From a virus, in the IMG/VR virus record IMGVR_UViG_3300031857_000053, positions 1-64,000 of that record: 64,000 nt of DNA. The stretch is one strand, 5' to 3'. Positions 1-10,265 of the stretch are shown piece by piece. The translations under genes and the position numbers were made by a program. The first letter of the stretch is position 1. Each line of letters opens with the position of its first letter. The notes beneath the pieces are model-generated. The model saw only the letters and a program-made list of their open reading frames with translations. It made no database searches and was not told the DNA's origin.

Positions 1-1
1 A

Positions 2-235
2 ACAAGAACAACTAATCTTCTTAGAGTAACACTAGCAAGTGGCACTGTAGCAGCAGGAACCTATGGAGCATCTTTTGCAAGTGTTGGTACAGCTAATGCT
101 ACTGTAAAAGGTATTACATTAAAACCAGGAGAAACTATTAACTTTAATCCAGGTGGAATTAATAATGTTTTAGATGCTATAGCTTATGATGCATCTCCAG
201 CTAATGCTGAATTATTAATCATTTATTTAACATAA
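2..235 (+). CDS. 5'-truncated ORF, probable small virion/tail-fibre-associated protein
   Basis: Frame 2 is open from the window start to TAA at 233-235 (TRTTNLLRVTLASGTVAAG...ELLIIYLT*) and lies 1 nt before the next ATG; beta-rich, Gly/Thr/Ala-rich composition like its neighbours. Confidence 0.6.
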   Translation, partial: TRTTNLLRVTLASGTVAAGTYGASFASVGTANATVKGITLKPGETINFNPGGINNVLDAIAYDASPANAELLIIYLT

Positions 236-236
236 T

Positions 237-650
237 ATGAGTACTCAAATTATAATATCCGGAGGTGGTGGTGGCGGCAGTGTAACACCTAATGTAAGAA
301 CAACAACTTTTGGTTGCTCAGTAAATGGTGGTGGATTTGCTCCATTAACAGGAATCATAGGATACACAGTTATTCCTTATGATGGGACAATTACTGGTTG
401 GAGCATAGTCTCTGATATATCAGGAGATTGTGTAATAGATGTATGGAAAGCTGCGGGTGTAGTTCCAACAGTAGCTAATACTATCGCGGGCACAGAGAAG
501 CCTACTCTTTCATCACAACAACTTAATTCAGATAATACTCTTACTACTTGGACAACAGCAGTAACAGCAGGTGATGTTATAGGATTTAATCTTGATTCTG
601 CATCTACCTTAACAAGTGTAAATTTAATTATAACAATTTTAAAAACATAA
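237..650 (+). CDS. tail-fibre-associated / structural protein
   Basis: 137 aa, Gly linker followed by a beta-rich domain; tightly packed in the fibre operon. Confidence 0.55.
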   Translation: MSTQIIISGGGGGGSVTPNVRTTTFGCSVNGGGFAPLTGIIGYTVIPYDGTITGWSIVSDISGDCVIDVWKAAGVVPTVANTIAGTEKPTLSSQQLNSDNTLTTWTTAVTAGDVIGFNLDSASTLTSVNLIITILKT

Positions 651-653
651 AGT

Positions 654-923
654 ATGGGTTTTACTTGGATAGAATTAGAAAGAAGAACAGTTCCTGAACA
701 ACAAATTACTTGGCAATATGATGAAGAGGGAAATCCTATTCCTAATACAGATGAAGTATTTGATTATATAATGGTATATACTTTAGTAGAATATTATTAT
801 ATTCAATATAATACTAAAGTAACTATTGAGGTTACTCATTTTAATCCGCAAACAGAAGCGGATATTGAATTAGGAATAAATAATATGGGAATTACAGAAG
901 AAAGAAAACTTGAAAATCAATAA
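654..923 (+). CDS. hypothetical acidic protein (possible fibre chaperone)
   Basis: 89 aa ORF between fibre-like genes with 2-3 nt gaps. Confidence 0.5.
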   Translation: MGFTWIELERRTVPEQQITWQYDEEGNPIPNTDEVFDYIMVYTLVEYYYIQYNTKVTIEVTHFNPQTEADIELGINNMGITEERKLENQ

Positions 924-925
924 TT

Positions 926-3652
926 ATGGCAACAAGAACGGTATCTAACGCAGGAGGTAACTGGAACGCTGTAGGCACTTGGACAGGTGGTGTTGTACCT
1001 ATTGCAGGTGATGATATTGCTTTTACTGCTACATCAGGAAATCTTACTGTGAATATCAATACTGCAGGTTTAGTAGGGGTAAACTTTACAAACTATGTAG
1101 GTACTATTACTTTTAATAATACACTAAACACAAGTGGAGTATTAAATCTTGGAACAGGTGGATATACACAAGCAGGAGCAAGTGGTATTGTTTTAAATGG
1201 TACTGCAACATTAACATCAGGAGGTGTTACTTGGTCGAGAACATTAGCATTTGGAGGTACTTCTGCAACATATACATTTGTTGGCAACTGGACTTCAACT
1301 GGGACTGTAACATTTCAAGGAACTGGAACTACTACTCTTACTAATAATACACTTAATATAAATGGTAGTTTGACACAAGGTGGTGGTGCTGGTATATATA
1401 CAGGAACAACTGCAATTGTATTTGGAGGCACAGGTACGTGGAGTAATAGTTCAACTGGAGCAATAAGAAATAATGTTATTATTAATACGCCAAGTACACT
1501 TACAATGTCAGGAAATCTTTATTATGATACAGGTATTTTTACTTACACAGCAGGCACAGTAGTTACAACAGGTTCTACTTTAAATGTAGCTGCTGCTACT
1601 ACATTTAATACAGGTACTTTAAATTGGAATAACTTTACAACAACAGGAGCAACTTATACAATAACACTTTCATCAAACTTAAATATTACAGGAACACTTA
1701 CATTAAATCACACAGGTACTTTAAGCTTTACAATAGGTGCTTTCTCATTCAACCCGACTGGTACTTTAGTAGTTTCACAAGGAACAACAACAATTCCAAA
1801 TACTTTAAATGTTACAAATGCTACACTTATTAGCTCATCTACAGGTGCTGTATTAAATACTAATACCATTAATATTTCAGGAAATCTTAGTACAACAGGT
1901 ACTGGAAATTGTACCGGAACAACATCATTAGTATTAACAGGTACTGGCACTTGGAATAACACATCTACTGGTACTATTAGAAATAATCTTACTATTAATG
2001 CAGGTGCAAATACAATTACAGTATCTGGTAATGTAAGGCATGATACAGGAACACTTACATATACATCGGGTATAGTTGATACTACTGGTTCTACTTTAAA
2101 TATTGGGGCAAATACAACTTTAACTACAAATGGTATAACTTGGAATAATATAACAACAAACGCGGCTTCAATAATAACATTAGGAAGTAATCTTACTCTT
2201 ACTGGAAACTTTACTTTAGGAAGTACATCAACAACAAGTTTTGTTTTAGGAGGTAATACTTTTGTAACTACAAATGCTAATCTTGTTAGTAATGCAACTG
2301 GTACTTTTACTGTTCCTACAAATCTTACCTTTAAATCTTTGACTGTTACAAATGGTTCAGCATTCAATGGTAATACATTAACTTTTACAGAGAATCTTAC
2401 TATTAATACAAGTGGTTGTACAGGCACTACAAATTTTATTTATGCTGGAACAGGTACTTGGACTGCATCAGGTACTAATTGTTTTATAAGAAATAATTTA
2501 ACTATTAATACACCTGGGGGAACACTTACTCTTTCGGGTACACCTTGGAAAGAAACAGGATTTATAACATATACAGCAGGTACATTTGATGAAACTTCTG
2601 CATATTTAGTTGTTGGTGGGGCAGGTGGAAATACTAATTGTAATTTAGGCGGATATACTTTTAATAAACTATTAGTTAATGGCGCAATTACATTAGTAAG
2701 TAATATTAATGCTACCACATTTGGAACTGCTGACCTTGCAAATGCTCCTATATCATTTACACTTGGAATTTATTCTCTTAATTTTACTCATTTACAGTTA
2801 AGAAATTATAATACAACAACTCTTCCTACCGCTTGGGTTGCTCAGAATGTAGAGTTAGTGGCAGCAAGTTCAGCAACATTAAATGCTAATTCAATCACAA
2901 TAACAGGTAATTTTACTCAATCAGGTAATGGTCTTTTTACAGGAACAACAACATTTACTTATGCTGTTCCTGCTTTATCAACTGGTACATGGTCAAGAAC
3001 TGGTCCTGGTAGATTAAGTAATAACTTTACAATTAATAGTGCTGGAACAATAAATTTTACTGGAGGTAATATTGGTGGTGGGATATTTACTTATACCGCA
3101 GGAACTGTAAATGTACAAGTAGGTTCTACTTTGTATAATAGTGCATCAGGAACTATATTTAATGGAGCAGGAATAACTTGGTATAATGTTGTTTTCGGTA
3201 GTGTTACTGGACTTACAGCTGTTACATCTGTAACTCTTAATACTCAATTAATTTGTTTAGATACTTTAACATTACAAGTTTCAGTTACAACTTTTTTAGG
3301 TACAGATGGAACATTTGATACTTATAATCTTATAATGGGTTCTGATGCTGCTATATTAAGAACTACTACTTTGGTATCCACAAAAACATATAGAGTAAGA
3401 CAATCTTTTACTTCTACACAAGCAACTGATGCTAATAGGATATTATTAAAATCTTCTATTGGAGGTTCACAAGCAATATTTACAGTAGATAATGGCTCTA
3501 CTATTGATGTAGGATTTGTAAATGCAACTGATATAAATTCATCACTTGGTAGACCTATTTATTCTTATAGAGGAGTATTTAGCAATACACTTAATTGGGG
3601 ATTACTGCCAACAGATAATACAAGATCTAGCAGATCAACTTTTGTGGGATAA
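926..3652 (+). CDS. tail fibre / adhesin-like beta-solenoid protein
   Basis: 908 aa, very T/G/N-rich. N-terminal GGNWNAVGTWTGGVVP..GDD motif; about four imperfect long repeats (GTT...GTGTW...G.IRNNLTIN...TGxFTYTAG..xxTGSTL...GITWxN). Confidence 0.7.
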   Translation: MATRTVSNAGGNWNAVGTWTGGVVPIAGDDIAFTATSGNLTVNINTAGLVGVNFTNYVGTITFNNTLNTSGVLNLGTGGYTQAGASGIVLNGTATLTSGGVTWSRTLAFGGTSATYTFVGNWTSTGTVTFQGTGTTTLTNNTLNINGSLTQGGGAGIYTGTTAIVFGGTGTWSNSSTGAIRNNVIINTPSTLTMSGNLYYDTGIFTYTAGTVVTTGSTLNVAAATTFNTGTLNWNNFTTTGATYTITLSSNLNITGTLTLNHTGTLSFTIGAFSFNPTGTLVVSQGTTTIPNTLNVTNATLISSSTGAVLNTNTINISGNLSTTGTGNCTGTTSLVLTGTGTWNNTSTGTIRNNLTINAGANTITVSGNVRHDTGTLTYTSGIVDTTGSTLNIGANTTLTTNGITWNNITTNAASIITLGSNLTLTGNFTLGSTSTTSFVLGGNTFVTTNANLVSNATGTFTVPTNLTFKSLTVTNGSAFNGNTLTFTENLTINTSGCTGTTNFIYAGTGTWTASGTNCFIRNNLTINTPGGTLTLSGTPWKETGFITYTAGTFDETSAYLVVGGAGGNTNCNLGGYTFNKLLVNGAITLVSNINATTFGTADLANAPISFTLGIYSLNFTHLQLRNYNTTTLPTAWVAQNVELVAASSATLNANSITITGNFTQSGNGLFTGTTTFTYAVPALSTGTWSRTGPGRLSNNFTINSAGTINFTGGNIGGGIFTYTAGTVNVQVGSTLYNSASGTIFNGAGITWYNVVFGSVTGLTAVTSVTLNTQLICLDTLTLQVSVTTFLGTDGTFDTYNLIMGSDAAILRTTTLVSTKTYRVRQSFTSTQATDANRILLKSSIGGSQAIFTVDNGSTIDVGFVNATDINSSLGRPIYSYRGVFSNTLNWGLLPTDNTRSSRSTFVG

Positions 3653-3669
3653 ATTAATTATATTTTAAC

Positions 3670-4071
3670 ATGAACTTTAAAGAATCCATATCACAATATT
3701 TTTTAGAAATCTCAGCGTTTCTAGCGATCTTTTTTACTGAAATATCTTCAGCTTTATTTGCTATAGGATTCTTAATTATGGTAGATACTTTTTTAGGTAT
3801 CTGGGCATCTAAAAATAAAGGTGGATGGAAATCTATTACTTCACGTAAAGCAGGAAGAATTGTATCTAAATTTATTGTATATCCTTTGGCTATTATAGTA
3901 GCTAAGGTATCTCAAACATATTTAACACCAGCAATTCCTTGGATAGATGTAACAGCGGGTATTATTGCTACTGTTGAAGTAAAAAGTATATTTGAAAATA
4001 GTAGTCTTATACTTGGATATAATTTATGGGAAAAAATTAAGAAAGCTATTTGGAAAGATAAAGAAGATTAG
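3670..4071 (+). CDS. phage holin (holin 4_1 / toxin-secretion type)
   Basis: Hydrophobic helices; motifs LIMVDTFLGIWAS, ITSRKAGRIVSK and EVKSIFEN are typical of this holin family; charged C-terminus. Confidence 0.75.
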   Translation: MNFKESISQYFLEISAFLAIFFTEISSALFAIGFLIMVDTFLGIWASKNKGGWKSITSRKAGRIVSKFIVYPLAIIVAKVSQTYLTPAIPWIDVTAGIIATVEVKSIFENSSLILGYNLWEKIKKAIWKDKED

Positions 4072-4073
4072 TT

Positions 4074-4105
4074 TTTGGAAATATGAATTATATTCCTTAT
4101 ATTGA
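4074..4105 (+). promoter_or_regulatory. Bacteroidota-type promoter variant TTTG-N20-TATATTGA
   Basis: TTTG at 4074-4077 and TATATTGA at 4098-4105, with the same 20-nt spacing as the consensus promoter at 5120. Confidence 0.45.
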
Positions 4106-4133
4106 ATATCAAACAATATGAAAATTATCTAGT

Positions 4134-4370
4134 ATGAAAAATTTTATTGAAAATATGTTAAGTTCAGATGGAAAGATTTCTTCTAAAAGAGTCGTTACAC
4201 TAGCAGCTTTTATTTTAATTGCTGTTGGTTTTCTAGTTGATTTATTTACCGATTTTACAATATCTGATAATGTTTATTCTGGTGTTGAATATATTGTAAT
4301 TGCCGGATTAGGTTTTACAGCATCTGAAAACTTTACTAATTATAGATCATCTTCTAAAGAAGTAAAATAA
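4134..4370 (+). CDS. small two-TM membrane protein (holin/antiholin-like)
   Basis: 78 aa; ISSKRV followed by two hydrophobic segments; adjacent to the holin. Confidence 0.55.
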   Translation: MKNFIENMLSSDGKISSKRVVTLAAFILIAVGFLVDLFTDFTISDNVYSGVEYIVIAGLGFTASENFTNYRSSSKEVK

Positions 4371-4380
4371 ATTATTGATT

Positions 4381-5046
4381 ATGGCATCTAAAGATAAACT
4401 TATTCCTACAGCAATTATTATGTCTAATTCTTTAAAAGGAGTTAAGACTACAAATAATTCTTTTAGTATGAGTTATGGTAAAAAGAGAACTCTTTATGAC
4501 AATAACTATACAAATGCTGTATATTTTTTTGCTAGTATTTATGCTAAAGAATTAAAGATATCAGGAGGAGATGCTACTTGGAATCATAAATTAGTTGATG
4601 GTAAAAATCTTACAGCACTTTATACACCAAATAGAAATATTCACGATCTTACTTTAGGCAATGTTGTTGCTTCTTCTGAAGCTGAGTGGAATGAATTACA
4701 AGTTACTATTAGTCGCGCTTTTAATATAGTTTATCCTTTTGATATTGTAAGTGCATTAACTGCTGCTGATATTTTAGTTTATAATAATTTGATGGGTGTA
4801 TTTGATAATGGTGCCACAGTTACTTTTGCTTTAACAGGAGCTGATGGATCTCCTTTAGGAACATTTGCGCAAGGTGTTACTTTTGCAGATGCTTGGAATA
4901 CAATTAAAGTTCCTTATGATGCATCAATAGGAGTAACTACATATTTTATAGCACCTATTTTTCAACCAGTTGGAGCTACTAAATTTTATTATAGATATAC
5001 TGGTTTAAGACGTTGGTTTGATTTTACAGGATACAATTTGATATAG
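4381..5046 (+). CDS. hypothetical protein (probably structural)
   Basis: ATG at 4381 preferred over the upstream non-ATG start at 4375; last gene before a terminator. Confidence 0.55.
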   Translation: MASKDKLIPTAIIMSNSLKGVKTTNNSFSMSYGKKRTLYDNNYTNAVYFFASIYAKELKISGGDATWNHKLVDGKNLTALYTPNRNIHDLTLGNVVASSEAEWNELQVTISRAFNIVYPFDIVSALTAADILVYNNLMGVFDNGATVTFALTGADGSPLGTFAQGVTFADAWNTIKVPYDASIGVTTYFIAPIFQPVGATKFYYRYTGLRRWFDFTGYNLI

Positions 5047-5068
5047 CTTTCTTTGTCTTTCTGTAACT

Positions 5069-5099
5069 AAGGTCTCTGTTTATCAGGGACCTTTTTTTT
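5069..5099 (+). terminator. Rho-independent terminator
   Basis: Stem AAGGTCTCTG / CAGGGACCTT, loop TTTAT, followed by a T8 tract. Confidence 0.85.
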
Positions 5100-5119
5100 A
5101 TTTTAAATTTAATATAAAC

Positions 5120-5151
5120 TTTGGAAGTTTAAACTTTATGTAATATATTTG
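5120..5151 (+). promoter_or_regulatory. Bacteroidota primary-sigma promoter (-33 TTTG / -7 TAnnTTTG)
   Basis: TTTG at 5120-5123, 20-nt spacer, TATATTTG at 5144-5151; exact match to the Bacteroides/Flavobacterium consensus; lies just after a terminator and 27 nt before an ATG. Confidence 0.75.
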
Positions 5152-5178
5152 TCTTAAGTTTAATTAAAAAAAATAACC

Positions 5179-5475
5179 ATGTCAGAACAAACCAACACAG
5201 AAGAGACAAAGGTTCCTACCGAAAAAGAGATCAAGGAACATCGTATAGCAATGGAAAACTTTTATAAAAGTGAATTGCCAATGCTTAAAATTAGATTAGA
5301 ATATGAGACACTTTTGACAGAGATTGAAAAACAAAAATTGATAAGAGTTGAATCTATTGCGCGTCAAGCTATGATTATGTATCCTCCAGAATCTAGAGAA
5401 GCGTCAACTAATAATAAAGAAGAAGCATCAGAAGCTCCAAAACAAAAACCAGAAAAGAAGCTTAAGTCAGTATAA
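5179..5475 (+). CDS. hypothetical coiled-coil protein
   Basis: 98 aa, helical and charged; first gene after the promoter. Confidence 0.6.
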   Translation: MSEQTNTEETKVPTEKEIKEHRIAMENFYKSELPMLKIRLEYETLLTEIEKQKLIRVESIARQAMIMYPPESREASTNNKEEASEAPKQKPEKKLKSV

Positions 5476-5495
5476 ATCCGTCATAAACCAACAAC

Positions 5496-5867
5496 ATGGC
5501 ACAAGTTAATCTAGTTGATAAGCGTCATAAATTTACATTATCAAGTATTATTAAATTTCAATTTCTTACTCATTCTTATCTTACTTCAACTTTGTTGAGT
5601 GAGTCAGAATTAGATTGTCTTACTTTACTTGGATTAAAAGGTGAACAGGATCTTGCTGATTTTTGTATAACAGCATCTTCTGATAATATTTTTAAGAGTA
5701 CTCAAACAGTAAGAAACTGTTTAACAAAAATGGAGAAGATTGGATTTATAGTTAAAGAAGGAAAAAGTAAAAAGAAGATTTTTATTAATCCAGATTTAAA
5801 AATACAGTGTTCAGGAAATATATTGTTGGACTTTAAATTTGTACACATTGACACCCAAAAAATCTAG
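5496..5867 (+). CDS. putative winged-helix DNA-binding protein
   Basis: LSESELDCL...KSTQTVRNCLTKMEKIGFIVKEG..KKIFINP resembles a wHTH recognition helix plus wing. Confidence 0.5.
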   Translation: MAQVNLVDKRHKFTLSSIIKFQFLTHSYLTSTLLSESELDCLTLLGLKGEQDLADFCITASSDNIFKSTQTVRNCLTKMEKIGFIVKEGKSKKKIFINPDLKIQCSGNILLDFKFVHIDTQKI

Positions 5868-6261
5868 AAGTTTTATAGAATCAACAGCAAAAGAACTAAA
5901 ATTAAATCCTAATTTAGTAGAACATGTAGTTGACTATTATTGGAAAGGAATAAGAAAAAGTTTAGTAGAATTAAAATCTCCTATTATCCAAGTAAGATCA
6001 ATAGGAGAATTTAGATTAAAAGTTTGGGATTTAGAAGAACAAAGAAGAAGATACCAGTTACACTTAGATTCTGGCGACCCAAATAAAATGAGTTTTGCAA
6101 AACATCAAATAAGAAAAGATGTAGAAGAAAGATTAAAAAATCTAAATAAAGTGATGGAGATTACATCTGCAGATAAAGAAAGGAAAGAAAAATTAAAAAA
6201 TAAAAAAACTAATGGGTCTATCATTAAAAGAAATTTGGAATCACCGGATGCAAATTCTTGA
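5839..6261 (+). CDS. HU/IHF-like DNA-binding protein
   Basis: N-terminal helices followed by IQVRSIGEFRLK (IHF-like GxF strand); crAss-like phages encode such proteins near the packaging genes; TTG start, possibly at 5848. Confidence 0.5.
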   Translation: MYTLTPKKSRSFIESTAKELKLNPNLVEHVVDYYWKGIRKSLVELKSPIIQVRSIGEFRLKVWDLEEQRRRYQLHLDSGDPNKMSFAKHQIRKDVEERLKNLNKVMEITSADKERKEKLKNKKTNGSIIKRNLESPDANS

Positions 6262-6553
6262 GGGAGTCAAGAACACAATCTTTAAAAAAGATCATATAGA
6301 GTTTATAGCTACAGAGCGAATGAAAATTTGTGAAGCATGTTCTCTTATTGATAAGGAAGGAAGTAAGTGTTTAGTTCCAGGCACAGCTCCTTGTTGTGGA
6401 GAATGTGGTTGTAAACTTGCTTTTAAAACTAGATCTATGTCATCATCGTGTCCACATCCAGATGGTCCTAAATGGGAAGCAGTAATTACAGAAGAAGAAG
6501 AAGAAAAATTGTATAACGATATTAATTATAATCCAGATAGCACTAGCATATAA
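6212..6553 (+). CDS. Cys-rich putative zinc-binding protein
   Basis: ERMKICEAC...C....CCGECGCKLAFKTRS..SSCP...KW pattern. Confidence 0.6.
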   Translation: MGLSLKEIWNHRMQILEGVKNTIFKKDHIEFIATERMKICEACSLIDKEGSKCLVPGTAPCCGECGCKLAFKTRSMSSSCPHPDGPKWEAVITEEEEEKLYNDINYNPDSTSI

Positions 6554-6591
6554 ATAAAATTTCATATTTTCAACTCAAAACCCAACTCAAG

Positions 6592-7443
6592 ATGTCAGTA
6601 ATATTCAAAGCAAAGAATCATAAATATGAAAGTATTGATCCAGAAGAACAAATTGATTGGATTAGTGTTACATCGTTTATTAGTCTTTTTAAACCAAAAT
6701 TTGATCCAACAAGTCAAGCTTTAAAATCATCTAAGAATAAAAAATCTAAATGGTTTGGATTATCTATGGAAGAGATCCAAGAAGCTTGGGAAAATGAAGG
6801 TAAAAGAGCTGTTGATTTAGGTACCTGGTATCATGATCAAAGAGAAAAAGATCTTACAGATCATATGACAATTGATAGATTAGGAGTTTCTATTCCTATT
6901 ATTAAACCTCTTTATGAAGGAGATATTAAACAAGCTCCAAATCAAAAACTTACTGAAGGGATTTATCCCGAACACTTTGTTTATTTGAAATCTGCAGGTA
7001 TATGTGGACAATCAGATCGTGTTGAAGTTGTAAAAGATACAGTAGATATTTATGATTATAAAACAAATAAAGAGATCAAATTACAAGGTTTTAAAAACTA
7101 TCAAGGAGTGGTTAGTAAAATGTATTCTTGTTGTTCTCATCTTGATGATTGCAATTTTAATCACTATGCTTTACAGCTTAGTGTTTATATGTATATTATT
7201 CTTAAGCATAATCCTAGGTACAAACCGGGCAAGATGCAACTCCACCACATTGTATTCGAAACAGAAGGATTAGATCAATATGGTTATCCAATTGCAAAAT
7301 TAGATTTAAATAATAACCCAATTGTAAAAGAAGTTGTACCTTACGATGTTCCTTATCTTAAAAGAGAAGTAATCGATATGATTAATTGGTTATACGATAA
7401 TAGAGATAAAATTAAAAATGAAAAAGAAAAAGATAAAAACTAG
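6592..7443 (+). CDS. PD-(D/E)xK family exonuclease
   Basis: Motifs SVTSFIS, GTWYH, E..V......GQSD, IYDYKT and HYALQLSVY; conserved upstream of the terminase in crAss-like phages. Confidence 0.8.
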   Translation: MSVIFKAKNHKYESIDPEEQIDWISVTSFISLFKPKFDPTSQALKSSKNKKSKWFGLSMEEIQEAWENEGKRAVDLGTWYHDQREKDLTDHMTIDRLGVSIPIIKPLYEGDIKQAPNQKLTEGIYPEHFVYLKSAGICGQSDRVEVVKDTVDIYDYKTNKEIKLQGFKNYQGVVSKMYSCCSHLDDCNFNHYALQLSVYMYIILKHNPRYKPGKMQLHHIVFETEGLDQYGYPIAKLDLNNNPIVKEVVPYDVPYLKREVIDMINWLYDNRDKIKNEKEKDKN

Positions 7444-7558
7444 GATACATTTTTTTCCAGGTATCTGTTTTGGAATAAATTTTCCTTTGGACTATTATAC
7501 CGATATGTCTATTAGTTTTTTATGTGTTAATATTAGTTTTAAATGGCGTAAACGATGA
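7418..7558 (+). CDS. small hypothetical protein (46 aa, not in ORF track)
   Basis: MKKKKIKTRIHFFPGICFGINFPLDYYTDMSISFLCVNISFKWRKR*; fills the gap and its stop overlaps the next ATG (ATGA). Confidence 0.45.
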   Translation: MKKKKIKTRIHFFPGICFGINFPLDYYTDMSISFLCVNISFKWRKR

Positions 7559-8067
7559 TAAGATTATTTGATATACATGATGGAAAACTAGTACCTACAG
7601 AACACTGTTATGCTTTAAGTTTTTTAAAAAATATTATGGATGAGTATCCGACAAATTATATAACTGTCTATAAATATATATTTTATATGACTTGTCCAAA
7701 TCCACAACTTAATCCTTTTTTTAATGTTCCAGAAGAAGACAAAGAAAGTTTAATATTAGATGAGATTGAAGCTGATTTTTCAACGGAAGATGAATTAATT
7801 ATAAGAGCAAAAGATCGTTGCAATAAACTTTTTGAAACACCTACAGTTAGATCTTATCGAGGTATGGCTACTATGATGGATAGATTAGCTAGGTATATGG
7901 AGACAACTCCTATAAGTCATGGTCGAGATGGTAACATTAATTCTTTAGTTGCTGCTGCTAAAAACTTTGAAGGTATTAGAGCTTCTTTTAAAGGAGTATA
8001 TAAAGATTTACAAGAAGAACAAAAGAACCATGTTCGCGGGGGCGCAGGACTAGCTTATGATCAATAA
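7555..8067 (+). CDS. conserved hypothetical protein, candidate small terminase
   Basis: 170 aa, overlaps the start of terL; ends in ...VRGG; assignment by position only. Confidence 0.45.
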   Translation: MIRLFDIHDGKLVPTEHCYALSFLKNIMDEYPTNYITVYKYIFYMTCPNPQLNPFFNVPEEDKESLILDEIEADFSTEDELIIRAKDRCNKLFETPTVRSYRGMATMMDRLARYMETTPISHGRDGNINSLVAAAKNFEGIRASFKGVYKDLQEEQKNHVRGGAGLAYDQ

Positions 8068-10264
8068 ACCTTTTATAGAGATTCCTACTTGGGAAAATGG
8101 TAATTGGATAGATGATACAATCTTCCAAACTAGAGATGATTTTAGAATTTTTGTTCATTCTTGTTTTAAATTACCAGGTAAATATGAATTTGATGAAACA
8201 GCTCAATTATTTAATGAGCAAGCAAGAATTTTTAATACTCAAGGTTATTATTGTGTAGCTCCTGTACGAAGTAAAGATTTTGTAGATTATTGGGATTTTG
8301 AAAAGCTTAAATGTCGCAAGGGAGTTATTTTTAAAAACAATAATAAGGTTTGGTATATTCCTCGAGACTATTATATGTTTCTTAATTTCCTTAGAATAAA
8401 TGATAAAGAAAAAAAGAAATTTGATTTTCCCGGAATTCGAGATGCGCAATATCATATGGCTTTATATGAGTTACTAGCAGAACTTAATTATAAGCATTGC
8501 GCTATTTTAAAGAAAAGACAAATAGCTTCATCATATTTCCATTGTGCTAAACTTATTAATTTAATTTGGTTTGAAGAAACACCTATTCTTAAAATAGGCG
8601 CAGCATTAAAAGATCAAGTTAATGATAAAGGATCTTGGAAGTTTCTTAATGAGTATCTTTCATTTCTTAATGAGCACACAGCTTGGTATCGTCCAATGAA
8701 TCCTTGGAAGACGGGTATGTGGCAACAACAAATTGAAGAAACAAATAGTTCAGGTAGAAAATATATGAAGGGTCTCAAAGGAGTTCTTTCTATGTTAACT
8801 TTTGAAAAAGATGCTACAGCAGGTGTAGGTGGACCTTGTTCTTTATTCTTTCACGAAGAAGCAGGTATTGCACCCAAGATGGATAAAACATATGAGTACC
8901 TTAGACCTGCTTTACAATCTGGTCATATAACTACTGGATTATTTATTGCAGCAGGATCTGTTGGTGATCTTGGTCAGTGTAGACCTTTAAAGGAAATGAT
9001 ATTGAGACCAGTGCCAAATGATATTTATGCTGTAGAAACTGATCTTTTAGATGAGAAAAAAACAATAGGATTAAGTGGATTATTTATTCCAGAGCAATGG
9101 TCAATGCCTCCTTATATAGATGAGTTTGGTAATTCTCTTGTTGAAGAAGCTTTAAAAGCAATAGATGTTCTTAGAGAAAGATGGAAAAGAGAACTTTCTC
9201 CAGAACAATATCAATTAAGGATATCTCAGAATCCAACTAATATTGCTGAAGCTTTTGCTTCAAGAAGTGTATCAATTTTTCCTTTAGATTATGTTGCAGC
9301 ACAAAAGCGTAGAATTCTAGATAAAGAATATGCTTACGAATTTGTAGAACTTAATAGAGCTCCAGATGGAAAAATTGAAGCTAAAATGACAAGTAAACTT
9401 CCTATTTCAGAATTTCCTATTACAAAAAATACTGAAGATAAAACAGGAACTATTGTTGTTTGGGAAAAACCAGATACTGGAGCTTCATGGGGAACTTATT
9501 TTGCTTCTATTGACCCTGTTGGTGAAGGTAAAACAACTACTTCAGAATCACTTTGTTCTATTTATATTTATAAAAATCCAGTAGAAGTAACTAGAGTTCA
9601 TAATGAAAAAACAGAAACTTTTGTAGAACAAGATAAAATTGTTGCTAGTTGGTGTGGTCGATTTGATGATATCAATAAAACCCATGAGAGATTAGAATTA
9701 CTTATCGAGTGGTATAATGCTTGGACACTAGTTGAAAATAACATAAGTCATTTTATTAGACATATGATTTCTAAGAAATTACAAAAGTATCTTGTACCTA
9801 AAAATCAAATTCTTTTTCTTAAAGATCTAGGTGCTAATGCTAATGTGTTTCAAGAATATGGCTGGAAGAATACTGGGACTTTATTTAAAAGTCATATGCT
9901 TAGTTATTTAATTGAGTTTTTAAAAGAAGAAATAGATGTCGAAACTAAGGAAGATGGTACCATAGTAAAAAGAGTCTATGGTATTGAAAGGATCCCAGAT
10001 GTTATGGCTATGGTTGAAATGGAAGCTTATGAAGATGGTGTCAATGTCGATAGATTAGTATCTTTGGCAGCACTTGTTGCTTTTGCTAAAGTACAACAAG
10101 CTAATAGAGGTTATAAAAAACGTGTGGAATATAAGGATACTAAGCATTTGCAAAAGTCAGATAATTTGTTTAAATTAAGCAATAATGCCTTTAGACATAT
10201 TGGAAATAATAGCAAAATTAGTTCTATAAGACCACCAAAAAACATGTTTAAAAATATAAAGTAA
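8057..10264 (+). CDS. terL: terminase large subunit
   Basis: Walker-A-like ILKKRQIASSY, Walker-B FFHEEAG, RNase-H-like nuclease FASIDPVG ... VENN ... NVDRLVS; immediately upstream of the portal. Confidence 0.9.
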   Translation: MINKPFIEIPTWENGNWIDDTIFQTRDDFRIFVHSCFKLPGKYEFDETAQLFNEQARIFNTQGYYCVAPVRSKDFVDYWDFEKLKCRKGVIFKNNNKVWYIPRDYYMFLNFLRINDKEKKKFDFPGIRDAQYHMALYELLAELNYKHCAILKKRQIASSYFHCAKLINLIWFEETPILKIGAALKDQVNDKGSWKFLNEYLSFLNEHTAWYRPMNPWKTGMWQQQIEETNSSGRKYMKGLKGVLSMLTFEKDATAGVGGPCSLFFHEEAGIAPKMDKTYEYLRPALQSGHITTGLFIAAGSVGDLGQCRPLKEMILRPVPNDIYAVETDLLDEKKTIGLSGLFIPEQWSMPPYIDEFGNSLVEEALKAIDVLRERWKRELSPEQYQLRISQNPTNIAEAFASRSVSIFPLDYVAAQKRRILDKEYAYEFVELNRAPDGKIEAKMTSKLPISEFPITKNTEDKTGTIVVWEKPDTGASWGTYFASIDPVGEGKTTTSESLCSIYIYKNPVEVTRVHNEKTETFVEQDKIVASWCGRFDDINKTHERLELLIEWYNAWTLVENNISHFIRHMISKKLQKYLVPKNQILFLKDLGANANVFQEYGWKNTGTLFKSHMLSYLIEFLKEEIDVETKEDGTIVKRVYGIERIPDVMAMVEMEAYEDGVNVDRLVSLAALVAFAKVQQANRGYKKRVEYKDTKHLQKSDNLFKLSNNAFRHIGNNSKISSIRPPKNMFKNIK

Positions 10265-10265
10265 C

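Noticed and set aside
926-3652. Diversity-generating retroelement acting on the tail fibre
   Set aside because: No reverse transcriptase and no template/variable repeat pair are visible; the internal repeats are diverged solenoid units.
6592-7443. Cas4 / CRISPR-associated role for the nuclease
   Set aside because: It has a generic PD-(D/E)xK motif set in its usual crAss-like position, with no clear Cas4 Fe-S cysteine arrangement and no array nearby.
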